64,000 bases of DNA from Candidatus Nealsonbacteria bacterium (GTDB lineage: Bacteria > Patescibacteriota > Minisyncoccia > Minisyncoccales > CAZKCU01), in contig CP179888.1 in the NCBI GenBank assembly GCA_047456305.1, forward strand, positions 509,307-573,306. Reading direction: 5' to 3'. The notes under the pieces are model-generated. The model ran no database searches. It had not been told where the DNA came from and worked only from the letters and a program-made list of their open reading frames with translations. This document shows, piece by piece, positions 27,714-35,059 of the stretch (position 1 is its first letter; every line of letters starts with the position of its first letter). The position numbers were made by a program, and so were the translations under genes.

Positions 27714-28379
27714 ATGAGATATCCTAATTTTAGAGAAGAAAAAAAGTTGCGGAGGAAGGGATATAGATATGTGGTTGGTTTAGATGAGGCCGGAAGGGGT
27801 GCTCTTTGTGGGCCGGTGGTGGCTGCTGCGGTAGTAATAAATTCAAAACTCAAAATGCAAAATGCAAAATTACAGTTCAAAATGCAAAATTTGAAAATTA
27901 AAGATTCAAAGAAATTATCTCCAAAAAAACGGGAAGCTCTTTATAAACTATTGATTAAAAATCCAAATATAGAGTGGGGGATAGGCAGGGTTTCAGAAAA
28001 AGTGATTGATAAAATTAATATCCTGGAAGCCACGAAATTAGCAATGATTAAAGCAATTAAAAAACTTAAAAGAAAACCCAAGTTTTTAATAATTGACGGT
28101 AATTTCAAACTTAATTTACCGATTCCTCAAAAATCAATCATCAAAGCTGATGAAAAAGTATTTTCCTGCGCTGCAGCCTCAATTATTGCCAAGGTTTATC
28201 GTGATAGAATAATGCGGAGATATCATAAAAAGTATCCTCAATATGGCTTTGATAGACACAAAGGATATCCAACCTGGCAGCATCGCAAAATGCTTAAAAA
28301 ACACGGACCCTGCAAAATCCACCGAAAAACCTTTAGACCAGTAAAGTCTTGCAAAAATAAGAATTATTTGTTATCTTAA
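27714..28379 (+). CDS. rnhB: Ribonuclease HII
   Basis: 221 aa. GLDEAGRGALCGPVVAAAVV, DSKKLS and IIAKVYRD. Confidence 0.9.
   Translation: MRYPNFREEKKLRRKGYRYVVGLDEAGRGALCGPVVAAAVVINSKLKMQNAKLQFKMQNLKIKDSKKLSPKKREALYKLLIKNPNIEWGIGRVSEKVIDKINILEATKLAMIKAIKKLKRKPKFLIIDGNFKLNLPIPQKSIIKADEKVFSCAAASIIAKVYRDRIMRRYHKKYPQYGFDRHKGYPTWQHRKMLKKHGPCKIHRKTFRPVKSCKNKNYLLS
27843..27900 (+). repeat. CAAAATG/CAAAATT heptamer-like array inside rnhB
   Basis: tcaaaac tcaaaatg caaaatg caaaatt acagt tcaaaatg caaaatt tgaaaatt encodes SKLKMQNAKLQFKMQNLK, about 10 aa longer than the usual loop between the AAVV and DSKKLS blocks. Confidence 0.75.
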
Positions 28380-28413
28380 AGAAGAGTTATTTTTTTTAAC
28401 TTAATATTTTAAA

Positions 28414-28698
28414 ATGGCTGTACCCAAACAACGTCATACAAAATCAAGAAGAAATAAACGGCGAATGCATATTTATACTAAAACGCCGGTTTTGACAAAA
28501 TGTTTAAAATGTGGAAAATTGATTTTACCTCATACTATCTGTTGGAGTTGCGGGTATTACAAAGGCCGTGAGATAATTAATGTTTTGGAAAAATTGAGTA
28601 AAAAAGAGAAAAAAGAACGAAAAAAAGAAATAAAAGCAAAAGAAAAGGAACAAAAAAGAGTAAAACCTTTAAGTATGGAAGAATTATCCAGGAAATAA
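28414..28698 (+). CDS. rpmF: Ribosomal protein bL32 with a K/E-rich C-terminal extension
   Basis: [17 protein letters not shown] plus a CxxC...CxxC zinc ribbon, followed by about 35 extra K/E-rich residues. Confidence 0.85.
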   Translation: MAVPKQRHTKSRRNKRRMHIYTKTPVLTKCLKCGKLILPHTICWSCGYYKGREIINVLEKLSKKEKKERKKEIKAKEKEQKRVKPLSMEELSRK

Positions 28699-28703
28699 CA
28701 AAA

Positions 28704-29126
28704 ATGTCCTCAAGACACTTATCAAGATCAATAGTAATGCAGAGTTTGTATGAGTGGGATTTTTCTGGCAAGAAACCGGAAGCATTAAAGAAAATTGTTG
28801 AGAAAAACATCAAAGAATTTGGACCAGGCTTAGATGATGAAACTTTTATCTGGCAACTGATTACCGGCGTTGTGGAACATCTTTCTCAGATTGATAAAAT
28901 TATTGAAAAGGCAGCTCCAGAATGGCCAATAGAGCAAATAACCATTGTTGACCGCAATGTTTTAAGAATTGGGCTTTATGAGCTATTATATGAAAACAAA
29001 GAAGAGGTTCCCCAGAAAGTAGCCATAAACGAAGCCATTGAATTAGCAAAAACTTTCGGTGGCGAATCTTCCGGTAAGTTCATTAATGGTGTATTGGGAA
29101 CAGTGTACAAAGAAATAGAAAAATAA
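28704..29126 (+). CDS. nusB: Transcription antitermination factor NusB
   Basis: 140 aa. [34 protein letters not shown] and FINGVLG. Confidence 0.85.
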   Translation: MSSRHLSRSIVMQSLYEWDFSGKKPEALKKIVEKNIKEFGPGLDDETFIWQLITGVVEHLSQIDKIIEKAAPEWPIEQITIVDRNVLRIGLYELLYENKEEVPQKVAINEAIELAKTFGGESSGKFINGVLGTVYKEIEK

Positions 29127-29135
29127 AACAATTAG

Positions 29136-29825
29136 ATGAAAGACTTTTCTATATTTGAGAAAAAATTAAATCTAAAATTTAAAAACAAAGATTTACTTAT
29201 CCAAGCTTTTTGCCACCGTTCTTATTTGAACGAAAATCCTGATTTTTATTTATCCCACAATGAAAGATTAGAATTCTTGGGCGACGCGGTTTTAGAATTA
29301 ATTATTACTGAATATCTTTATCAAACTTATCCTAAAAAATCAGAAGGGGAGTTGACCAATTGGCGGGCGGCTCTAGTAAATGCTAAAATGTTATCCAGAA
29401 TTGCCAAGAATCTTGATTTTAATGATTTTCTTTTACTTTCCCGGGGGGAATTGAAAGAAATTGGCAAAGCTCGCCAATATATTTTAGCCAATACTTTTGA
29501 AACAGTTGTTGGAGCAATTTATCTTGATTCAGGGTACAAGGTCTGCCAGAATTTTATAAAAAAATATTTGATAAAAGAGCTGCCCCACATTATTAAGGCT
29601 CGGCTTTTTAAAGATGCCAAATCTCAATTTCAGGAAGAAGCCCAGGAAAGGGTGGAGACTACTCCGACTTATAAAGTTTTAAAAGAATGGGGACCAGATC
29701 ATGTCAAGCACTTTATCGTTGGAGTTTTTCTTGATAAAACATTGGTGGCTGAAGGCGAAGGTTCTTCAAAACAGGAAGGAGAAGAAAAGGCAGCCAAAAA
29801 TGCCTTAGAAACTAAAGGATGGTAA
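29136..29825 (+). CDS. rnc: Ribonuclease III
   Basis: 229 aa. NERLEFLGDAVLE catalytic signature and a C-terminal dsRBD. Confidence 0.95.
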   Translation: MKDFSIFEKKLNLKFKNKDLLIQAFCHRSYLNENPDFYLSHNERLEFLGDAVLELIITEYLYQTYPKKSEGELTNWRAALVNAKMLSRIAKNLDFNDFLLLSRGELKEIGKARQYILANTFETVVGAIYLDSGYKVCQNFIKKYLIKELPHIIKARLFKDAKSQFQEEAQERVETTPTYKVLKEWGPDHVKHFIVGVFLDKTLVAEGEGSSKQEGEEKAAKNALETKGW

Positions 29826-29831
29826 ATCACT

Positions 29832-29967
29832 CGGCAACGAAGTTTTCAAAGTACCGGCTGTCCAAATCCCAGCGAGATTTGGCAGCCTGCGTTCTCGGCC
29901 TGTTGTCCGCCTTGGGCGGAACCATGCCAACAGACCTCCGAAAGCTACTTTGAAACTTGTTGCCTCG
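29832..29967 (+). ncRNA. Candidate structured RNA (three-way junction) between rnc and rpsP, class unknown
   Basis: About 20-bp closing stem (29832-29853 with 29946-29967) enclosing ggctgtccaaatc/gatttggcagcc and ggcctgttg-u-ccgcc-uug-ggcgg-aaccaugc-caacagacc. GC-rich in an AT-rich genome. Confidence 0.35.
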
Positions 29968-29988
29968 TTTTAAGAGAAAGAAAAAAAT

Positions 29989-30537
29989 ATGCTTGTTATT
30001 CGTTTATTTCGTGTTGGTAAAAAAAATCAGCCTTTTTTTAAGATTGTGGTCACTGACAAAAGAAGGCCTCCCCGGGGCGGCCGTTTTGTGGAAGAGGTCG
30101 GATTTTATAATCCTCTAACTAAAGAAAAGGTTTTGAAAGGAGAAAGAATTAAATATTGGCTTTCAGTTGGAGCCAAACCTTCATCCAGTATTTATAATTT
30201 ATTAGTTTCAGAGAAAATTATTGAGGGTAAGAAGATTCCGGTTCACAAAAAAGCGAAAGAGAAAGAAAAAGCAGTTCCTGAAAAACCGGCAAAGGAGAAA
30301 CCAGCCGAGAAACCAGCCGAGAAAGCGGCAGAAAAACCAACTGAAAAACCTAAGGAAGAAGAGAAACCTAAAGAAGAGAAGCCAAAAGAACCCTCCTCCG
30401 CTAAAGTTGCGGAGGGTAAGGAAAAACCAGTAGAAGAAAAACCTAAGAAAGAGGCCCCAAAAAAGGAAAAGAAAGAAGAAGCAAAAGAAGTGTCCGGAGC
30501 TCCGCCTGAAACCTCAAAAAAGGAAAAAACCAAATAA
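29989..30537 (+). CDS. rpsP: Ribosomal protein bS16 with a ~100-aa K/E/P-rich C-terminal extension
   Basis: MLVIRLFRVGKKNQPFFKIVVTDKRRPPRGGRFVEEVGFYNP, followed by AEKPAEKPAEKAAEKPTEKPKEEEKPKEEKPKEP repeats. Confidence 0.9.
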   Translation: MLVIRLFRVGKKNQPFFKIVVTDKRRPPRGGRFVEEVGFYNPLTKEKVLKGERIKYWLSVGAKPSSSIYNLLVSEKIIEGKKIPVHKKAKEKEKAVPEKPAKEKPAEKPAEKAAEKPTEKPKEEEKPKEEKPKEPSSAKVAEGKEKPVEEKPKKEAPKKEKKEEAKEVSGAPPETSKKEKTK

Positions 30538-30551
30538 ACTTGCTCTCCCTC

Positions 30552-30579
30552 TTGACAAATTTAAAGCATATGCTATAAT
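30552..30579 (+). promoter_or_regulatory. Sigma70-like promoter at the left edge of the GC-rich insertion
   Basis: TTGACA (30552-30557), 16-nt spacer, TATAAT (30574-30579). The 12-mer cttgacaaattt recurs at 32248. Confidence 0.5.
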
Positions 30580-30679
30580 GTAGGTGTTAAAGGAGAGAGT
30601 GAATATTTTAATATTATGACGCCACAGACGACTCTCTCCGAGAGTCGCCTGTTGGGTTAAAAGAACTTTGAAAAAAAAT

Positions 30680-30765
30680 ATAGCAAGCGCAGAATTGTTC
30701 GTTGGATATTCAGTGAATAATTCTGTCCTTACTATTTCATAGTAAGGTTTAAAATAAAATAAGGA
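30680..30765 (+). promoter_or_regulatory. Structured RNA motif, copy A (5' leader of the 171-aa ORF)
   Basis: atagcaagcg-cagaattgttc-(14 nt)-gaataattctg, then ccttactat-ttc-atagtaagg, then an A-rich tract and taagga. Paralogous to 31566-31654. Confidence 0.4.
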
Positions 30766-30799
30766 ACGCCCGCCGCAGGCGGGCAAGGAGGTAAAAGCG

Positions 30800-31315
30800 A
30801 TGAATTTAAGAATCGAAGAGTTAGTTGGATCCTTATCTAAAGAAATCGAAAAAGGATGGGGACATGTAAAATTAGGAGAGGAGGTAAAAGAGATTTTAAG
30901 AGGCTATGGGATATGGTTCTACCGCATAATTGATTCCCTGAGCGAGGAAAATATTGCGTGGGAAGTAAGACTCGTGATCAAAAAACTTTCCAAAGCATAT
31001 TTTTTAGAACTTTGGAAAGAAAGGCACGATTTACGAATCGAAAAAATCCTTCACCAACTAATAGAAAATTTGGAGGAGGAAATCAAAGAGTCCAAAGCGC
31101 TTAGGATAGATGCGGCTGGACGACGCTGGGGAAGCAAATTGGATCTCGTCCACTATCAGTTTATCATTGCCGATAGTGGATGTCCTCATCACTTCTATTT
31201 TTGCAAAAACAGAGCAGAGATGGAAGAGATGATGGGAGAGAACCAGTGGGAAATCTTTTCATCCTTGAAAGAATTCGAGGAGTGGGAAGATTGGATATAT
31301 GCTGAGAGGAATTAA
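30800..31315 (+). CDS. Hypothetical protein (GC-richer than surroundings)
   Basis: 171-aa ORF with a strong AAGGAGG RBS. Acidic and Trp-rich C-terminus. No family recognised. Confidence 0.55.
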   Translation: MNLRIEELVGSLSKEIEKGWGHVKLGEEVKEILRGYGIWFYRIIDSLSEENIAWEVRLVIKKLSKAYFLELWKERHDLRIEKILHQLIENLEEEIKESKALRIDAAGRRWGSKLDLVHYQFIIADSGCPHHFYFCKNRAEMEEMMGENQWEIFSSLKEFEEWEDWIYAERN

Positions 31316-31565
31316 CAGGAATCTTCGTTAGCCGGACCGTCCTGACCGGCTGGAAAACAAAAGGGTTGGTGAGGTTCTGGTAATCCAGACAATTGCCTTC
31401 GGGCGATTGCAAGACCTGCCCTCATTGTAAAAAAATAAGGGTTGTATTATAACAATATAGGGAAAGGAATACTCATTTTTGCCCTTCCCTAATCTCCCAA
31501 GTTCAGAATTGACAGAGACCGGGTCTCTGCAAGCTATTCTGGATTTAGGAGATTAGAAATAGTAA

Positions 31566-31654
31566 ATAGCAAGCGCAGAATTGTTCATTGGAATCGCAGT
31601 GAATAATTCTGCCCTTGATATTAAACAAGGTTTAACAATAAAAAATAATAAGGA
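31566..31654 (+). promoter_or_regulatory. Structured RNA motif, copy B (5' leader of the mini-M50 ORF)
   Basis: atagcaagcg-cagaattgttc-(14 nt)-gaataattctg, then ccttg-atattaaa-caagg, then an A-rich tract and taagga. Confidence 0.4.
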
Positions 31655-31667
31655 AAAGAAGGAGGGG

Positions 31668-32054
31668 ATGATGGAGCTACTGGCGGTGATACTATGTCTT
31701 GTACTATGTCTCGTTTTACACGAGGTGGGGCACGCACTGGCTGCCCTTGCGTGCAAAAGGCGAATTAAATTCCTCATAAATAGGGTTGGATTCGCTCTGC
31801 GCCATGACGGAAAAGCCCCCCTTACCCCTTGGCAGAAAATAGTTATTACTATTGCCGGACCGGGCACAAACATAATTGCGGGTCTGGTAGCGCTCATCTT
31901 AGGATGGACACAGATTGCAATGATGCAATTTTTATTTGGCGTCATTAATCTACTGTGGCTATCCCGGAAAGCCGACGGCTACAGGGCGTACAGGGAGGTT
32001 CGGCAGTTATTAATTGGGCTCCGGGGCCGGTCGGGGGCAAATAAGGAAGGGTAG
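31668..32054 (+). CDS. Minimal membrane metalloprotease-like protein (site-2 protease/M50-like HExxH in a TM helix)
   Basis: Start at ATG 31668 after GGAGGGG. LVLHEVGHALAA in TM1, AGPGTNIIAG, and NLLWLSRKADG resembling the S2P NxxPxxxLDG motif. About 128 aa and high GC. Confidence 0.45.
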   Translation: MMELLAVILCLVLCLVLHEVGHALAALACKRRIKFLINRVGFALRHDGKAPLTPWQKIVITIAGPGTNIIAGLVALILGWTQIAMMQFLFGVINLLWLSRKADGYRAYREVRQLLIGLRGRSGANKEG

Positions 32055-32136
32055 ATCGGCAGCTTCAAATAGTTTACCCTTCCTCCTATACTTCAGTTCA
32101 TTTCACAAGAAACGAACTGAAAAATGGGAACTTTTG

Positions 32137-32240
32137 AGGTCAGAAGCGCTCTCACGGAGCGAGAGAAATCTCTCTCCTCGCCTACCGAAGTTTTACTTGT
32201 AAAATTTTGGTGGGCTTCGCTCTGCGGGAGCACTTCTGAT
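32137..32240. repeat. GC-rich structured segment related to the mini-element family
   Basis: Closing stem tcagaagcgctc/gagcacttctga. Internal gagagaaatctctc hairpin. Shares cgcctaccgaag and cttcgctctgcggg words with other copies. Confidence 0.5.
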
Positions 32241-32248
32241 CTTGGGGC

Positions 32249-32276
32249 TTGACAAATTTTTTTAAAACAATACAAT
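32249..32276 (+). promoter_or_regulatory. Sigma70-like promoter upstream of the KH-domain gene
   Basis: TTGACA (32249-32254), 16-nt spacer, TACAAT (32271-32276). Confidence 0.45.
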
Positions 32277-32422
32277 ATTAAAATAGTAGCTTTTTCAGTC
32301 TCGCCGATTCTCCCCTAAAGAAAGAGGGTTAGGTGAGGAGCAAAGGTCGGGCTACTTGAATGAACTAAGCGATTGAATGCAGTCTCCAAATTACGAATAG
32401 CGATTTTGGGGAGTTTAAAAAT

Positions 32423-32749
32423 ATGCCAAAAGCAAGTTCTGATCAGGAATTCCTTGAGTATATTATTAAGGCTTTAGTTGATCACCCAGAGGATGTTAAG
32501 ATTGATAGAAAAGTTGACGAGATGGGAGTTTTACTTTCTTTGAAAGTAAATGCCGAAGATATGGGTCAGATTATTGGAAGAGCCGGGTCAACTGCCAGAG
32601 CAATAAGGTCTTTAGTTCGGATTATTGGTCTAAAAAATCACGCCAGAGTGAACCTAAAGATTGAAGAACCAGCTGGTGGTAGACCTCCTGTTACTCGGGG
32701 GAAAAGAGCTCCTACCGGAGGAGAAGAGCTCGAAGAATTGAAATTGTAA
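32423..32749 (+). CDS. KH-domain RNA-binding protein (KhpA/YlqC-like)
   Basis: 108 aa. LVDHPEDVKI and MGQIIGRAGSTARAIRSLV (the GxxG KH loop). Usual position between rpsP and trmD. Confidence 0.85.
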   Translation: MPKASSDQEFLEYIIKALVDHPEDVKIDRKVDEMGVLLSLKVNAEDMGQIIGRAGSTARAIRSLVRIIGLKNHARVNLKIEEPAGGRPPVTRGKRAPTGGEELEELKL

Positions 32750-32882
32750 ACTCATAATTCCGCTAAGTTTACAAAAATCTGAAAGCCGTGCTATCATTAA
32801 CCGAGCTTCCATTTAGGGAAGTGAAGGTGAAGAAGAGGACGAATTCCTCTTCGCCTTGATAGTGCGGTTTTCGTTTAATTTT

Positions 32883-33596
32883 ATGATTAAGTTTGATATT
32901 ATTACAATTTTTCCTGAGATTTTTAATTCTTATTTGAAAGAAAGTTTGATTGCCCGGGCTCAAAAAAAGAAATTAATTGAAATTAATATCCACGATTTGA
33001 GAAAATGGACATCCGATGTCCACAAGACGGTGGATGATAGACCTTTTGGGGGAGGAATAGGGATGGTGTTAAAAGTTGAACCGATTTATAAAGCTGTAAA
33101 AGAGATAAATAAACTTGTCTTTGCTAAAGCTTCGGCGAGGCGAGGAAAATCAAAAATAATTTTATTTACTCCAAGAGGAAGAAAATTTAATCAAAAGATG
33201 GCTTATCGGTTGTCAAAATTGAATCAGATAATTATGATTTGCGGTAGATATGAAGGAGTGGATGAGAGAATAGCAAAGTATATTGCCGATTTAGAATTAT
33301 CAATTGGCGATTACGATTTAATGGGAGGAGAATTACCGGCAATGGTGGTTATTGAGGCAACAACTCGATTAATTCCTGGAGTTTTAGGAAAACCAGAATT
33401 ATTAAAAGAAAGAATTACCAAGGAAAAGGGATTTATTGAATATCCTCAATATAGTAGACCGGAAGTTTTTTCGCCCAAGAAGGGAGTTTATTGGAAAGTT
33501 CCTAAGGTTTTGTTATCCGGCTATCACAAAAAAATTGAAGAGTGGCGAAGAAAACATAGAAAGATCATTGAAAACCCGAGCGATAGCGAAGGGTGA
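32883..33596 (+). CDS. trmD: tRNA (guanine37-N1)-methyltransferase
   Basis: Start at MIKFDIITIFPEIF. DDRPFGGGIGMV, CGRYEGVDERI and SIGDYDLMGGELPAMV. The last codons and stop lie in a mini-element. Confidence 0.95.
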   Translation: MIKFDIITIFPEIFNSYLKESLIARAQKKKLIEINIHDLRKWTSDVHKTVDDRPFGGGIGMVLKVEPIYKAVKEINKLVFAKASARRGKSKIILFTPRGRKFNQKMAYRLSKLNQIIMICGRYEGVDERIAKYIADLELSIGDYDLMGGELPAMVVIEATTRLIPGVLGKPELLKERITKEKGFIEYPQYSRPEVFSPKKGVYWKVPKVLLSGYHKKIEEWRRKHRKIIENPSDSEG

Positions 33597-33628
33597 AGAT
33601 GAAGCGATAGCTTCATCGCCTACCGAAA
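33574..33628 (-). repeat. Nested-hairpin mini-element at the trmD 3' end (reverse orientation)
   Basis: acccgag-cgatagcgaagggtgaa-gatgaagc-gata-gcttcatc-gcctaccgaaac. Confidence 0.8.
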
Positions 33629-33680
33629 CTAATTGAAAATTCATTGAGAAATAACCATTTTTGTGGTAAAATAACTTAAA

Positions 33681-33765
33681 GGGTGCGTAGTCCCATAGGG
33701 GGTGGGATTTGTCTGTAAAACAAACGTCCGTAAGGGCCCCGTCGGTTCGACTCCGACCGCACCCA
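33681..33765 (+). tRNA. tRNA-Tyr (GTA), class II with a long variable arm
   Basis: gggtgcg/cgcaccc acceptor, anticodon arm tttgt-ctgtaaa-acaaa, long variable arm, T-arm gtcgg-ttcgact-ccgac. D-arm parse is uncertain. Confidence 0.7.
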
Positions 33766-33776
33766 CAAGCTTTTTT

Positions 33777-33850
33777 GCCTGGGTAGCTCAGTTAGTTAGA
33801 GCGCGGCTTTGGTAAAGCCGAGGTCCGCAGTGCAAATCTGCGCTCAGGCT
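33777..33850 (+). tRNA. tRNA-Thr (GGT)
   Basis: gcctggg acceptor, anticodon arm cggct-ttggtaa-agccg. D-loop agttagtta (A18) and T-loop tgcaaat (G55). Confidence 0.85.
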
Positions 33851-33861
33851 TAAATAAATAT

Positions 33862-34023
33862 ATGCCAGCAAAAAAACCATTTATTAAACTTCAATGTTCT
33901 GAGTGTAAAAGAATAAATTATTATACTCACAAATCAAAAAAAATAATTGAGAAGAAATTAGAATTGAAAAAATTCTGTAAATGGTGTAGAAAGCACACGG
34001 TACATAAAGAGATGAAGAAGTGA
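33862..34023 (+). CDS. rpmG: Ribosomal protein bL33 (below the ORF-track size cutoff)
   Basis: 53 aa: MPAKKPFIKLQCSECKRINYYTHKSKKIIEKKLELKKFCKWCRKHTVHKEMKK*. CxxC...CxxC zinc ribbon typical of L33. Confidence 0.85.
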   Translation: MPAKKPFIKLQCSECKRINYYTHKSKKIIEKKLELKKFCKWCRKHTVHKEMKK

Positions 34024-34054
34024 TAAATAAAATTTTAAAGACGAGTGTCTTAAT

Positions 34055-34315
34055 ATGTTTTGGGAAAATTTTTGGGCAAATTTAATTTCTGGTATTACTT
34101 TATTATTTTTTGGGCACAAAAAGAAGAATGCAAGATTAGAACAGGAAAGTAACAATAAACAGAAAAATAAAGCTGGTCCCAATATTGTTCAGAATATTGG
34201 TACACAAAATATTCATTATCACTATCATAACTATTATATTGATCCTAAAGATATTCCTTCTTCTAAAATAAAAGACACAAACATTACTGGTACAACACAT
34301 AATATCAATGAGTAA
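34055..34315 (+). CDS. Small membrane protein (one N-terminal TM, polar His/Asn-rich tail)
   Basis: 86-aa ORF with FWANLISGITLLFFG and HYHYHNYY. First gene of the island. Confidence 0.4.
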   Translation: MFWENFWANLISGITLLFFGHKKKNARLEQESNNKQKNKAGPNIVQNIGTQNIHYHYHNYYIDPKDIPSSKIKDTNITGTTHNINE

Positions 34316-34347
34316 TAAAAAAATAATAATTAATAATAAATTTAAAT

Positions 34348-35055
34348 ATGTTTTTTAAGAATAAACTACAGACTAAAATTAAAAAAGTTAAAAATTCAAT
34401 TATTGCTATTGGCTTTAAACCAAATCCTCAACAGATAACTATAGTTGGTAGCGGTTTTGCTATTAGTGATGACGGGAAGGTTTTAAGTTCTGCCCACCTT
34501 TACAATCAGTTAAAACCAGAAAATATCCCTAATCTTATGGGAATGGTTACAGAAAGAGAGGAAAAAGATGGGTTAACGCGTTATAAATGGCTTCCTCTTA
34601 AATTAATCGAGGATAAGAAAAATGATAAAGATGATGTAGCCCTTTTTCAATTGGAAGGACACGAGAAGACATTGCTTAATAAGATAAATTTGGGTGATTC
34701 AGAAAACGTTGAAGTTGGCGAAGATGTTTATTTCATAGGTTTTCCTTATGCCGCTCAGCTTATTAACGATCATTTTGGGGTTACCCTTATAGTCAATAAA
34801 GGGATTATAAGTAATATAAAAAGAGACGGAATTGATCCCAGTCACAAGAAAAACTGGTTTATTGTTGATGCAATAAGCAATCCTGGAAATAGCGGTTGCC
34901 CTCTTATAAAATTAGATACAAATGAAATTATTGGTATTATGGCTATTTCTTTCCGTATAAAATCCAGAACAGTTGATAATCTTGATATTAGGGAACCAAT
35001 GCACATAGCTGGTGCAAAACCCATAAATTTAGCAAAACCTCTTTTAGAAACTTAA
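34348..35055 (+). CDS. Trypsin-like (S1/chymotrypsin-fold) serine protease without a signal peptide
   Basis: 235 aa. Triad contexts GSGFAISDDGKVLSSAHL (His), DDVALFQL (Asp) and GNSGCPLI (Ser). No hydrophobic N-terminus. Confidence 0.75.
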   Translation: MFFKNKLQTKIKKVKNSIIAIGFKPNPQQITIVGSGFAISDDGKVLSSAHLYNQLKPENIPNLMGMVTEREEKDGLTRYKWLPLKLIEDKKNDKDDVALFQLEGHEKTLLNKINLGDSENVEVGEDVYFIGFPYAAQLINDHFGVTLIVNKGIISNIKRDGIDPSHKKNWFIVDAISNPGNSGCPLIKLDTNEIIGIMAISFRIKSRTVDNLDIREPMHIAGAKPINLAKPLLET

Positions 35056-35059
35056 TTAT

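Noticed and set aside
29832-29967. Calling the rnc-rpsP structured RNA an SRP (4.5S/ffs) RNA.
   Set aside because: Only the 3' strand (GGAACCAUGCCAACAG) vaguely resembles domain IV. The 5' symmetric and asymmetric loop residues and the GNRA tetraloop are missing, and the overall shape is a three-way junction rather than a single long hairpin. It is kept as an unclassified candidate.
30221-30533. ORFs 30221..30433 (+) and 30243..30533 (-) overlapping the rpsP tail, and 43944..44126 (+) overlapping the rplL start.
   Set aside because: These are alternate-frame readings of K/E/P-rich repetitive coding sequence. The conserved-domain frame continues uninterrupted.
30800-31315. The 171-aa ORF between the two RNA-motif copies as an IS200/IS605-type TnpA, with the motif copies as hairpin transposon ends.
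   Set aside because: There is no HUH motif plus catalytic Tyr pattern or other transposase signature. Both motif copies sit in leader position just upstream of an RBS, which fits cis-regulation better.
31553-31945. 130-aa minus-strand ORF overlapping the mini-M50 gene.
   Set aside because: It is antisense to an ORF with a strong RBS and recognisable HExxH/TM organisation. Its open frame is a by-product of the local high GC.
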